DNA of 64,000 nt from Bacteroidales bacterium (GCA_041740815.1 JBGSLG010000192.1:382-64381), one strand, 5' to 3'; numbered from the stretch's first letter, positions 36,707-47,400 are shown. Numbers and translations: made by a program. The notes: a model not told the origin generated them from the letters alone.

Positions 36707-37471
36707 ATGAGAAACATCGCTCAGCGCCATAAGATAATACTTGCTGAACTTGAGAAGGATGGTTATGTGAGGGTCCGTGACCTCAGCGAACGGCTGGAGG
36801 TTTCGGAAGTTACGATTCGAAAGGATCTGAAAGAACTTGAGGAAAGGAGGATGCTGATCCGTACCCACGGCAGCGCAAGCCCCGTCAGCCCTCTGACAAT
36901 CGACCGCCATATTGATGAGAAGGAGAAAGTCCAGGTCAATGAAAAGACGAGGATTGCGGAAGCCGCTAACAGGTTGCTGCAAAAGAATGACAGGATTATC
37001 ATAGCCTCCGGAACAACTGTCCTGACCTTTGCCCAGAAGATGACAATCACCGATCCTATTACCGTAATCACTCCCTCGGTCAAGGTCTCGCTGATATTGA
37101 GCTACAAGCCGAACATTGACATTATCCAGCTCGGGGGATCACTGCGCAAAAGCTCTGCCTCGGTCATCGGTCCGTATGCCGAGAGCCTTCTTACCGAGAT
37201 GATGTGCAGCAAGCTCTTCATAGGAGTAGACGGGCTCGATCTGGACCTTGGACTCACAACCAGCAATATAGCCGAGGCTCACCTCAATCATTACATGCTG
37301 AACGCTGCGCAGGAGGTGATAGTTCTGGCTGACTCAACCAAGTTCGGCAAACGGGGATTCGGGAAGATCTGCAATCTTAACAAGGTGCACCATATAATCA
37401 CTGACAGGAATGCCCCTGCAAATATCATCCAGATCATCAGGGAAAAAGGTATCGAGGTCACACTTGTATAA
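36707..37471 (+). CDS. DeoR-family transcriptional regulator, GlpR-like by context
   Basis: HTH ILAELEKDGYVRVRDLSERLEVSEVTIRKDLKELE followed by a DeoR C-terminal sensor domain (IIASGTTV, FIGVDGLD). It is divergent from glpD across a 204-bp intergenic region. Confidence 0.85.
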   Translation: MRNIAQRHKIILAELEKDGYVRVRDLSERLEVSEVTIRKDLKELEERRMLIRTHGSASPVSPLTIDRHIDEKEKVQVNEKTRIAEAANRLLQKNDRIIIASGTTVLTFAQKMTITDPITVITPSVKVSLILSYKPNIDIIQLGGSLRKSSASVIGPYAESLLTEMMCSKLFIGVDGLDLDLGLTTSNIAEAHLNHYMLNAAQEVIVLADSTKFGKRGFGKICNLNKVHHIITDRNAPANIIQIIREKGIEVTLV

Positions 37472-37571
37472 TATGTATTGTACTATTTCTGAAGATTATT
37501 GAACCTGACCGGGTGCCACCTGATCAGGTTATTTAAATTTGTATTTACCGACACCATAAATAGTAATCATC

Positions 37572-40358
37572 ATGCCAGTAAAATCACCACTATCGGTTAT
37601 CGCAGCATTGCTGGCGGTAATGCTTGCCGGATGTTCAACCTCCAAAACTGCAGTTACGGGAGACCCTTCCGGCCGAACAGCAGGGGCCGAGAGGGAGTTT
37701 CGTGCAGCGTGGGTGGCCACCGTTGCCAACATCAACTGGCCCAGCAAACCGGGTCTCTCCGTTGAGGAGCAGAAGAGCGAAGCCTTAGCACTGCTGGATC
37801 TGCTATATAAAAACAACTTCAATGCAGTTGTATTCCAGGTGAGACCTCACGGTGACGCTATGTACAGGAGCGACCTCGAGCCATGGTCATATTACCTTAC
37901 CGGTGAAGCAGGCAAAGCCCCGGATCCTTATTATGATCCTCTGCAGTTCTGGATTGATGAGGCACATGCCAGGGGCATCGAGCTGCACGCCTGGCTTAAT
38001 CCCTATCGTGCTCATCATCCCGCAGCAGGAGAGGTGACCGATGCTTCCATCGTCAGGACACGCCCTGACCTGGTCCTGAAACTCGATGTCGAGAACTACT
38101 GGTGGATGGACCCGGCCCTGAAGGGCACACAGGATCACTCATACAATGTGGTGATGGACCTTGTACGCAGGTACGACCTTGACGGAATCCATTTCGACGA
38201 CTACTTCTATCCCTATCCCGACTATAACAATTTCAAGGATTTCCCGGATGACAAGAGCTGGCAGGCATACCAGGCCGGCGGCGGCAAGCTATCACGTTCC
38301 GACTGGAGGAGGGACGCCGTCAATGTATTTATTGAGAGACTCTATAAGGGCATCAAGGCTGAGAAGCCATGGGTGAAATTCGGACTCAGCCCCTTCGGCA
38401 TATGGCAGCCCTTTAACCCTCCTGCCATCGGAGGCGGATTCAACCAGCACGAGACCCTCTATGCCGATGCAAAGCTGTGGCTCAACAAGGGGTGGATCGA
38501 CTATTACTCGCCGCAGCTTTACTGGCCGGTAAACCAGATAGCCCAGAGCTACCCGGTGCTGCTGGGTTGGTGGAAGGAACAGAACCTGAAGGGACGTCAC
38601 CTGTGGCCGGGAATCAGCATAGGGCTGCAGCCTGTATCAAGGGCTGCCGATGAGACCGTCAACCAGATCATGATCACCAGGGGTCTTCTTCCGGAGAGCC
38701 CGGGAGTGGTGCACTGGAGCATCGGCCCGCTGGCAAGCTCACCTGAGCTGGTGAAAGCTATTGCCGAAGGCCCATACAGGAGAAAGGCCCTGGTGCCTCC
38801 CTCACCATGGCTCGATACAAATGCGCCTGCTGCACCCGGAGTGACAACCAAGGCTGAGGACGGCCGACTGCTTGTCTCATGGACTCATCCAAACCCTTCT
38901 GAGGTGGGCCGCTGGGTGGTCTATTACCGGTATGGCTCACAGTGGAACCAGAACATCCACGGAAATAGTGTCACAGATGATGCAATCCCTGCCTTCATCC
39001 CCAACCGTACTTTCCTTGCACGCACACCGCGTGAAAATGTTAAAAGCGGCGGGCAGGCGCTCATACGCCTTGACAGCATCGGTGTATCGGCTGTGGACCG
39101 TTTCGGGAATGAGAGTATGATAAAGAAGATGGCGGTGACGGAGTTCACTGTTGCCGACGCGCCTCCGTTGGAGGGAGTGCTGGCGGAGTACTATGACGGC
39201 ATGAAGCGACCGCCGGTACCGATGCCAGCCGTGACCCCCGGCATAAATGTGCTCATTGATGAACATCTTGACCTGATCAGGGGCAAGAGGGTAGGCCTGA
39301 TAACCAACCCGTCGGCTGTCGGAGCTGACATGAGAAGCGTGGTTGACATTCTCGCATCCACAGAAGGTGTAAATCTGGTGGCTCTGTTTGGCGCTGAGCA
39401 CGGCGTGCGTGGTGCTCTGCAAGGCAGGATATCCGGTGAGGGTGAACCTGATCCGGTGACAGGCATACCGGTTTACAGCCTGTACGGCGACTCGTGGGCT
39501 CCGAAACAGGAGTGGCTCGACAGCCTCGACGTGATGCTGTTCGACATCCAGGGAGTGGGCTCGGCATGGTACACATTCAAGTTCTCGATGTCGTGGGCCA
39601 TGGAAGCATGCGCCAAATCCGGCATCCCCTTCATCGTCCTTGACAGGCCCAACCCGCTTGGTGGCCGCGTGGTTGAGGGACCAATGCATGACACAATAAG
39701 TATATACAGGCACCGGCTGCCGCTGCGCCACGGAATGACCTACGGCGAGCTCGCAACGATGTGGAATGAGACAGAAGGCTACGGCGCTGACCTGACAGTC
39801 ATTAAGATGAAAGGGTGGCGGCGCAGCATGATGTGGGATGCAACAGGAATGATGTGGGTGATGCCATCACCGAATATTGACAACTGGGAGACAGCGGTTG
39901 TCTATCCGGGACAGTGCCTCTTCGAGAGAACCAATATGTCGGAAGGAAGGGGCATCACCAAGCCTTTCCTGATTACCGGAGCACCCTGGGTCAATGCCGA
40001 AAAAGCTGCCGATGATCTTAACTCAAGGGGAATAAGCGGAGCATGGTTCAGACCGGTGTACTTCATTCCCCGCTCTGCCGGGACAGGCAATACCCGCAGA
40101 AATAAGCCATGGAACGAGATGTGCGGTGGTGTTGAGATAATGCTTACTGACCCCGCCGCATTCCGGTCAGTGGAAGCATCACTCCATATTATTGACGCAT
40201 ACAGGAAGACCAGTCCGGATTCACTGGTATGGTCGCCGCCGCTGTTGATGCGGCAGCTCAACGAACCAGGCGTCACCGTGGAAGAGGTGGTGAAAGCCTG
40301 CCAGGATGATGTTAGTGAGTTCATGGAAGTAAGACAGAAATACCTGCTGTACAGATGA
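37572..40358 (+). CDS. Fusion lipoprotein: GHL10 (DUF187/YngK-like) glycosyl-hydrolase-like domain plus DUF1343/NamZ-type exo-beta-N-acetylmuramidase domain
   Basis: Lipobox VMLAGCS. The N-half carries EFRAAWVATVANINWPS, IELHAWLNPYR and GIHFDDYFYP. The C-half, from about 39235, carries KRVGLITNPSAVG, LFGAEHG, FDIQGVGSAWYTF and VLDRPNPLGG, as I remember them from YbbC/NamZ proteins. Confidence 0.75.
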   Translation: MPVKSPLSVIAALLAVMLAGCSTSKTAVTGDPSGRTAGAEREFRAAWVATVANINWPSKPGLSVEEQKSEALALLDLLYKNNFNAVVFQVRPHGDAMYRSDLEPWSYYLTGEAGKAPDPYYDPLQFWIDEAHARGIELHAWLNPYRAHHPAAGEVTDASIVRTRPDLVLKLDVENYWWMDPALKGTQDHSYNVVMDLVRRYDLDGIHFDDYFYPYPDYNNFKDFPDDKSWQAYQAGGGKLSRSDWRRDAVNVFIERLYKGIKAEKPWVKFGLSPFGIWQPFNPPAIGGGFNQHETLYADAKLWLNKGWIDYYSPQLYWPVNQIAQSYPVLLGWWKEQNLKGRHLWPGISIGLQPVSRAADETVNQIMITRGLLPESPGVVHWSIGPLASSPELVKAIAEGPYRRKALVPPSPWLDTNAPAAPGVTTKAEDGRLLVSWTHPNPSEVGRWVVYYRYGSQWNQNIHGNSVTDDAIPAFIPNRTFLARTPRENVKSGGQALIRLDSIGVSAVDRFGNESMIKKMAVTEFTVADAPPLEGVLAEYYDGMKRPPVPMPAVTPGINVLIDEHLDLIRGKRVGLITNPSAVGADMRSVVDILASTEGVNLVALFGAEHGVRGALQGRISGEGEPDPVTGIPVYSLYGDSWAPKQEWLDSLDVMLFDIQGVGSAWYTFKFSMSWAMEACAKSGIPFIVLDRPNPLGGRVVEGPMHDTISIYRHRLPLRHGMTYGELATMWNETEGYGADLTVIKMKGWRRSMMWDATGMMWVMPSPNIDNWETAVVYPGQCLFERTNMSEGRGITKPFLITGAPWVNAEKAADDLNSRGISGAWFRPVYFIPRSAGTGNTRRNKPWNEMCGGVEIMLTDPAAFRSVEASLHIIDAYRKTSPDSLVWSPPLLMRQLNEPGVTVEEVVKACQDDVSEFMEVRQKYLLYR

Positions 40359-42466
40359 GAAGATATAAAATATTACTGCTACTGGCAGCGGCTGCGCTGG
40401 CTGGATGCAGTACGGCCAGAAAGACACAGGAGACCGCGGTTACAGAACCCCCGGTTCCTGCCCTGGCGGAAAGTCATAAGAAACCGCAGGTTGTTGAACT
40501 TGACCTGACGGCCCTGTTTGACACTGTCAGTTCAGGTCGGAAGGTTTCTCTCAATAAAGGGGCCATGGTACTGACAACTGACAGTGAAGGCATAATTACC
40601 TTTGCGATGCCTGAGAAAGACACCCTTATACTGTCGCCTGATCCGTGTCCGGGGCTTAAGTCGCCCTGCAGCTTTGTCATCCCCCTGGCGGGATGGTTCG
40701 TTCCTTACAGTTATTCAGTTAAGCCCGACGGCACGGTGGAACGCAAATCGCCCTGGGTAGAGTTTCGCAGGACACCGGAGCCGGTAACAAACCAGTCCCA
40801 GTTCGATTTTCTCTGCAAGAGCGAGTACCCTGCCACAGTTAGTATTAACGGAACTGAAGTGAAGCAGTATAAGACTGGCATCTTCTTCAGTACGGTTAAG
40901 TTCACTGAGGGAGTCAACAGGGTGAGGGCAGAAGCAACTTATCCCGATGGCCGGACAGCCTCGCATGAGATGGAATTTGTATATGAGAAGAGGGACCTGA
41001 GCAGGCAGCCATACCCGCTCTGGATAGACAGGCGTTCGTTTGAGCCGGCTGCCGACGTGGTGCTGCTTCCCGGCGAGGTGGTGAAGGTCAGCTTTCGCGC
41101 TTCGAAGGGGCAGGAGGCCTGGCTGGATATCAGGCCCGGGAAGAGAACCCTGAAGTGCAGCCGTGAGGACTTTGACGACTACAGTGTCTACCGGGCCGAA
41201 CTGCCTGTGCGTGGCTTTGAGGATGGCTCTGTCACTACCCTCAGCGTCAGGCTGGTGCCGGCAGCAGGCGCGCCGGTGAGGGATTCATACAGGCCTGACA
41301 TTGCAAGAACAGTCACAGTGAAAAATCCGGAAGAGTTTCCACTTTTAAGAGTGAAAAACGAGTATTCCAGGCTGGTATACAACCTGGGTGCACCCAGGCT
41401 GGGCGGCCCTGTGAGATCAGAGCTAGTGCCCGGCGTGATACTCAAGTCCAGCGGGAAAATCGGTCGCAACTACAGGATCAGGCTGAGCAACACCGAGACA
41501 GGGTTCATCAGTGAGGATGATGTTGAGGTAATTTCCGGTAGCACGGTTCAGCCTCTATACAGTGTGACAAGCATGTCATGCGGTCCGGCTGCCGGCGCTG
41601 ATATCGTCTCAATACCCTGGCTCGAGTCGGTACCCTACGAGGTATTCCCTGATCCCGATGGTAAAAGACTTGTAGTAACACTCTTCGGCGTTGAGTCGGC
41701 GGCCACATGGGTCAGTCACAGGACCGGCTGCGAGGTTGTTGACAAGCTCACCTGGGAGCAGACCTCACCTGAGACCTTTCGGGTTTATGTGAACCTGAAG
41801 ACGGAAAACATATGGGGTTATGACATCAGACCGGTTGGCAGGAGCCTCGTGCTGCGCATCAAGTACCCGCCTGCATATGACCTTGCAGCTGAGAAGCCAC
41901 TCACCGGACTGAAGATTGCCATTGAGGCCGGTCATGGCGGGTCCGGCACCGGGGCCATCGGACTATCAGGACTGGTTGAGAAGGATATCAATCTTGACCT
42001 CTCATTCAGGCTGGGGGAGTTGTGTGCATCGATGGGGGCTGAGGTGCTGCAGGTTCGTGATTCTGACAGGGATATGGGGTTGATAGAGAAGCGGAGTATT
42101 GCCATTGAATCCGGAGCTGATATGCTGATAAGCATTCATGCCAATGCCGGCGGCAGGGGTTATCTCTCTGTGGCTGGTACTAGCACCTACTGGCACAATC
42201 CCTTCTGGGCTCCTCTGGCACAGACCATCTATGAAAGGCTGCTTGAGACCGGGCTTCCGGAGTTTGGTGTTGTGGGTTCATTTAACTACACCGTGACCAG
42301 GGCATCGCAGATGCCTGCCGTGCTGGTGGAGCAGGCCTTCATGACCCATGCCGAAGACGAGGAGAAGCTCGCAGATCCCGTCTTCCGCCAGCTGATGGCA
42401 GAGAAGATCTGTGCGGGGGTGCTTGATTACCTGGGCAACCTTAAAAGCCGGGAATCAGATTTATAG
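40355..42466 (+). CDS. N-acetylmuramoyl-L-alanine amidase (Amidase_3) lipoprotein with an N-terminal region of about 500 aa and unknown function
   Basis: Lipobox ALAGCST. The start codon overlaps the upstream stop (ATGA at 40355-40358). The C-terminal amidase motifs are KIAIEAGHGG, DMLISIHANA and PAVLVEQAFMTH. Confidence 0.85.
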   Translation: MRRYKILLLLAAAALAGCSTARKTQETAVTEPPVPALAESHKKPQVVELDLTALFDTVSSGRKVSLNKGAMVLTTDSEGIITFAMPEKDTLILSPDPCPGLKSPCSFVIPLAGWFVPYSYSVKPDGTVERKSPWVEFRRTPEPVTNQSQFDFLCKSEYPATVSINGTEVKQYKTGIFFSTVKFTEGVNRVRAEATYPDGRTASHEMEFVYEKRDLSRQPYPLWIDRRSFEPAADVVLLPGEVVKVSFRASKGQEAWLDIRPGKRTLKCSREDFDDYSVYRAELPVRGFEDGSVTTLSVRLVPAAGAPVRDSYRPDIARTVTVKNPEEFPLLRVKNEYSRLVYNLGAPRLGGPVRSELVPGVILKSSGKIGRNYRIRLSNTETGFISEDDVEVISGSTVQPLYSVTSMSCGPAAGADIVSIPWLESVPYEVFPDPDGKRLVVTLFGVESAATWVSHRTGCEVVDKLTWEQTSPETFRVYVNLKTENIWGYDIRPVGRSLVLRIKYPPAYDLAAEKPLTGLKIAIEAGHGGSGTGAIGLSGLVEKDINLDLSFRLGELCASMGAEVLQVRDSDRDMGLIEKRSIAIESGADMLISIHANAGGRGYLSVAGTSTYWHNPFWAPLAQTIYERLLETGLPEFGVVGSFNYTVTRASQMPAVLVEQAFMTHAEDEEKLADPVFRQLMAEKICAGVLDYLGNLKSRESDL

Positions 42467-42564
42467 GAGACAGTTTCGTGCATTTGTATTAAAATTCATT
42501 CCCTACAACCTGACAACTCTATGCATTCAGGTTTTAATATTATCTTGGCGTCATCCATAGTCGA

Positions 42565-43152
42565 ATGATTGTGGTTATGACAGGGGAAGATTTACATATA
42601 TGGCTCAGGGTTAAGGACGACGATCCGAAGGCATTCGAGGTGCTCTTTCGGAAGTACTTTTACACGCTTTGCCTTCTTTCAAAGAGGTATACACGGGATA
42701 TAACCACCTCAAGGGAGGTGATCCAGGACCTTTTTATACACCTATGGGAAAACAGACAGGACATAAGAATTACTTCATCATTCCGGTCTTACCTGGCTTC
42801 AGCTGCCAGGTTTAATTCAATCAGGCGAGTTAAGGCTGACCAGAAGGTGGTGATTTTTACAGATATACTGCCGGACAACAGCCAGGAGTTGACTGATCAT
42901 CTCGAATATGCAGAGTTGCAGGCTGCAATAGTAAAGGCCATTGACGGACTCCCGGAGCAATGCCGGAAGGTTTTTGAACTTAGCAGGTTTGAGCAGCTTA
43001 AGCACTCAGAAATTGCATCAAAGCTCGATATCTCCGTTAAGACCGTTGAAGCCCATATTGGAAAAGCATTAAAATTGATACAGAAGGAGATCGGATCGAT
43101 TTACAGTTTAATGGTTCTCGTTGGACTTATCGCACTGAAGTTTTTTTTATAA
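42565..43152 (+). CDS. ECF-type RNA polymerase sigma-70 factor
   Basis: Region 2 is EVIQDLFIHLWEN and region 4 is SEIASKLDISVKTVEAHIGKALK. An alternative start is at 42577. A FecR-like gene follows. Confidence 0.9.
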   Translation: MIVVMTGEDLHIWLRVKDDDPKAFEVLFRKYFYTLCLLSKRYTRDITTSREVIQDLFIHLWENRQDIRITSSFRSYLASAARFNSIRRVKADQKVVIFTDILPDNSQELTDHLEYAELQAAIVKAIDGLPEQCRKVFELSRFEQLKHSEIASKLDISVKTVEAHIGKALKLIQKEIGSIYSLMVLVGLIALKFFL

Positions 43153-43217
43153 AATTCCCGGATCACACTAAGGGTACTGCCTTGTTTTTTGTTCACACAT
43201 TATAGAGAGAGATTATT

Positions 43218-44327
43218 ATGAGTAAGAGATTATTTGAGGAATTCACTTTTGAATCCCTGATCAGGTTTATTGAAGGAGTAGCGGATGCAGATACCGTCAG
43301 GGTCATTAATGAATGGATTGAAGCCACTGAGGGCAACAGGAAAATCTATTCACAGATAAAAGAGGTATGGCTCAATCGTGCAGAACTGTCAGGACTGCTT
43401 GGTGGTACGTTGGAGAGGGACTTTGAAAATGTTGTCAGGGAGATCAATTTGCATCAGCAGGAGAAGAAAAGCAGGCTGCCTTTGAGGGCTTCCCTGTCAT
43501 TAATCAAAAAGATTGCTGCTGCCGGGTTGATTATCATTGCAATAGGGGCAGCATACTTTGCCGGGCGCAGGGCGACAACACCAGGGAATGTGGCAGAAAG
43601 CGGTTACAATGAATTGATAGTGCCCAAGGGACAAAGATCCAAAGTTGTTCTTTCAGACGGAACCTCAATATGGCTGAATGCGGGAAGCAGGCTCAGGTTT
43701 CCGAGCGATTTCAGGGGCGATACAAGGGAGGTTTGGCTTGACGGGGAGGGATTGTTCAATGTTTCGAAAGACAGTTCCAAACTCTTTTATGTTCATACCA
43801 CGGATCTCGATGTTAAGGTCCATGGCACGATCTTTAACCTGAAGGCCTACTCCTTCGAGGATATTGTCGAGACAACCGTGGTGGAAGGGCTGGTCAGTTT
43901 TGAGTCGAAGACAAACAAGGCTATTATGAAGGATGCTGTCTTCCTGGAACCAAATCATAAGGCTGTTTTTGTCAGGAGTGCTGATGCCAGGGTAACTGAG
44001 GAGGTAAAGAGGGAGATCAACAGACCGATTGAGCCAAGGAGGCTAATAGTATCCGAACCGATAAAGGTTGAGCCTGTAATATCATGGGCTGAAGGCAGAC
44101 TGATCTTCACTGATGAAACATTGGGAAACATTGTTGCGAAGCTTGAGAGGAAATATGATGTGCAGATCCTGATCGATAATGAAAGAATAAAAAACCTAAA
44201 GTATACAGGGGTTCTAAAAAGTGTATCAATAGAGCAAGCCCTCAAAGCTTTGCAGCTCACTACCGGGATTCAATACACTATTAACGAGAACTACATAAGA
44301 ATATCCGAGAAAAAAGCCAAAATGTAA
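43218..44327 (+). CDS. FecR-family anti-sigma factor
   Basis: It has one central transmembrane helix (IAAAGLIIIAIGAAYFA), the FecR motif VVLSDGTSIWLNAGSRLRF and a C-terminal domain ending IQYTINENYIRIS. Confidence 0.85.
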   Translation: MSKRLFEEFTFESLIRFIEGVADADTVRVINEWIEATEGNRKIYSQIKEVWLNRAELSGLLGGTLERDFENVVREINLHQQEKKSRLPLRASLSLIKKIAAAGLIIIAIGAAYFAGRRATTPGNVAESGYNELIVPKGQRSKVVLSDGTSIWLNAGSRLRFPSDFRGDTREVWLDGEGLFNVSKDSSKLFYVHTTDLDVKVHGTIFNLKAYSFEDIVETTVVEGLVSFESKTNKAIMKDAVFLEPNHKAVFVRSADARVTEEVKREINRPIEPRRLIVSEPIKVEPVISWAEGRLIFTDETLGNIVAKLERKYDVQILIDNERIKNLKYTGVLKSVSIEQALKALQLTTGIQYTINENYIRISEKKAKM

Positions 44328-44497
44328 ATCTTATAAACCCTAAACCAACCTAACCTCCATGCCTATGACATAATCAAAAAGAAAAAGGACCGGATCATGC
44401 GCCAACATTACCGGTCCCAGTCTGATGTTAATAACCCATATCCTGTCTTGAATGAACCGGGGTATGAATTGAACTAACATTAAAACCCTACAAAACT

Positions 44498-47400
44498 ATG
44501 AAAAAAAATCAAGATGCAGAGTATCCATCGCATCAATTCCGAATCCTAAAACTACTGCTAATTATGAAAATAAGCTTTTTTCTGTTAGCGATCAACGTTT
44601 TTGCCATATCTGCCGCCACCTTCGGACAGGGGAGCAAACTTACAATTGATATGAAAAATGCCACAGTCAAGGAAATTCTCAACGAGATTGAAAGACAGAC
44701 GGATCTTTCCTTCATATATAAATCAGATCTGATCAATCCTGAAAACAAAGTTACGGTCACCGCCGAGGATGCAAGTGTGCTTGAAGTCCTCGCAGCCCTC
44801 TTTGCAGATGAGAAGATATATCCTGAGATAATTGACAATTCTCTTATTGTGCTGCTACCTGAGAGACAGTTAAGTCAGCAACTGAAAGTGAGAGGAAGAA
44901 TAACCGACTCGTCCTCCGGTGAATTATTGCCGGGTGTGAACATTGCAATTAAGGGTACAACCATTGGTACGATAAGTGATCTTAACGGAGCCTATGAACT
45001 TGCAATACCTGATCCGAACGGTATAATTGTATTCACTTTCATAGGGTATCAATCCCAGGAGATGGAAGTAGCCGGAAGAGAGGTAATCGATGTTTCACTT
45101 GTCCTTGAGGAAATGTCACTTGATGAAGTAGTTGTGATTGGCTACGGAACCCAAAAGAAGAGCCTTGTAACTGGGGCAATTTCGAGTGTCACTGCTGCAG
45201 AAATGGAGAACTCATCTGTTTCCCGGCCGGAACAGGCTTTACAGGGAAGAAGTGCCGGTGTTCAGGTAATCACTACTTCAGGTTCTCCAGGTGGTGAACT
45301 TAAGGTCAGGATCAGGGGTTACAGCTCGAATGGTTCTGCAGACCCGCTGTATATAGTTGATGGAGTAAAGACCAATAATATTAGTTACCTCGCCCCGCAG
45401 GACATAAGTAATATGGAGGTGCTCAAGGACGCAGCATCCTCTGCCATCTATGGAGCAGAAGGCGGTAATGGTGTCATAATAATTACTACCAAGTCAGGTA
45501 AAGCCGGATACAGTTCCGTCGATTATGACTTCCAGTATGCAAGCAATAAAGTCGGAAAAACCCCTGACATGCTGAATTCTGAGGAATATGCAAACTATTA
45601 CAATGAAGCCGGATTGTTTACCATTAATCCCTCTGACATAAAGGAGGATAACGACTGGATCAATGGCATTTTTGAGCCTGCGAATGCCATGAGACACCAT
45701 TTATCTTTCAGTAGCGGCACGGGCAAATCAAACTTTCTGCTTTCAGCCACTGCTCTGACCCAGGACGGTATCGTTGTAATGGACAAGGACAAATACAGCA
45801 GATACACATTCAGGATCAATGCAGACAGCAAGGTCAAAGATTGGCTGAAGGTCGGGAACAATGTTTCATTTGGCTACACCCAGCGAAATTCAATAACTGA
45901 GGACAATGAAAGCAGAGGCGTTATCACATCTGCACTATTGATGGATCCGCTTACTCCTGTGGCTTACTACGATGGCGTTATTCCCGGTCATGTACAGTTA
46001 CTTATTGATCAGGGCAAAAAGTTGGTAAAGGACGAAGACGGCAATATCTACGGGAACTCACAATACATAAGCAAGACACCGATGAACCCTTATGTTGGCC
46101 TATCCAACAGAAGAGAGGAGACACTGGGTTATATTCTTCAGGGGAGTTTGTTTGCCGAACTGACACCCATTAAGCATATTTCATACACATCCAGACTGGG
46201 CTACGAAATTGGTAGCTGGAATGCAAAGTCATGGGAGCCGGTTTATTACTATAATTCATATAATAACTACAATGACGCTACGAGTGTAACGGTAACAAAC
46301 ACAGACAGCTACTACTGGCTATGGGAAAATTTTGCCAGCTATACCAATAATTTCAACGGACATAATATCAGTTTTCTGGCAGGGATGTCAGCGGAAGCAA
46401 GAAACAGAAGGTTCACCCAGGCTTCAGGAGGTCCGATGATCAAAGAAGACGATAACTATGCAGAGTTGAGTTTCCTTGCAACACAGGACAACAGCGCCGT
46501 GGCAGGTCAGCCATACCTTGATAAGAAAGCGTCATACTTTGGCAGGATTTCGTATGATTACCAGGGCAGGTACCTGTTGCAGGCGACAGTCAGAAGAGAT
46601 GGAGCCGGAACTTCATTGTTACCGCCGGAAAACAGGTGGGGCGTCTTCCCCTCATTTTCTCTTGGATGGGTGTTTACTGAGGAATCCTTTTTCCCGAAGA
46701 GCTTTCTCTCTTATGGTAAACTCAGAGCCAGCTGGGGAGAAAATGGAAGCCTTTCAAACCTGACGAACTACATGTACAGCTCCTCGATATACTCCACATA
46801 CCTGCTGTATCAGTTAGGCAATGGCAATATGTACACATCTTCTGTACCTAACCAGCTGAATAACCCTGAACTGACCTGGGAAACAAGCGTACAGACAGAC
46901 ATCGGACTTGATCTGAGAATGCTCAATGACAGGATTAATGTTACTATGGATTATTTCAAAAAGGTAACAACGGACCTTATCACTCCGAACACTCCTCCAC
47001 TTGAGTCAGGGAACAATGCGTCTGCAGTAAATGGTGGTGATGTGACAAACAGCGGATTTGAGTTCGAGCTGGAATTCAGGAAGTCTGTGGGTGATTTCAC
47101 TTACAGTATCAGTGGTAACTTTGCAACCCTGCAGAACGAGGTCACCTACCTGAATCCCACCATACAAAGGATAAGTGGTGGTGAGACAAGTGGTGCATCA
47201 ACATTTTATACTGCATTTGAAGAAGGACTGCCAGTATGGTATTTCAGAGGATACCAGACTAAAGGCATCGATCCTGTTACGGGACAACCAAATTTTGTCG
47301 ATCAGAATGATGATTTGATAATCAATGAGAATGACAAGACTTTTATAGGGAGTGCAATACCCAGCATTACTTATGGTGCGAACATAAACCTTGCATATAA

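Noticed and set aside
38937-39731. 264-aa minus-strand ORF, plus several 60-140 aa ORFs, antisense to the GHL10-NamZ gene
   Set aside because: It is a shadow ORF inside a gene with strong family motifs on the other strand. Its Arg/His/Cys-rich composition is not protein-like. The same reasoning applies to 17986-18618, 936-1400, 10442-10909 and the other internal ORFs in the track.
44387-44417. GGACCGG...CCGGTCC hairpin between fecR and susC, preceded by an A-run (it would read as a minus-strand terminator)
   Set aside because: No minus-strand gene lies upstream of it. With a 7-bp stem and a 17-nt loop it is weak, and it more likely falls within the ECF-dependent promoter or leader region by chance.
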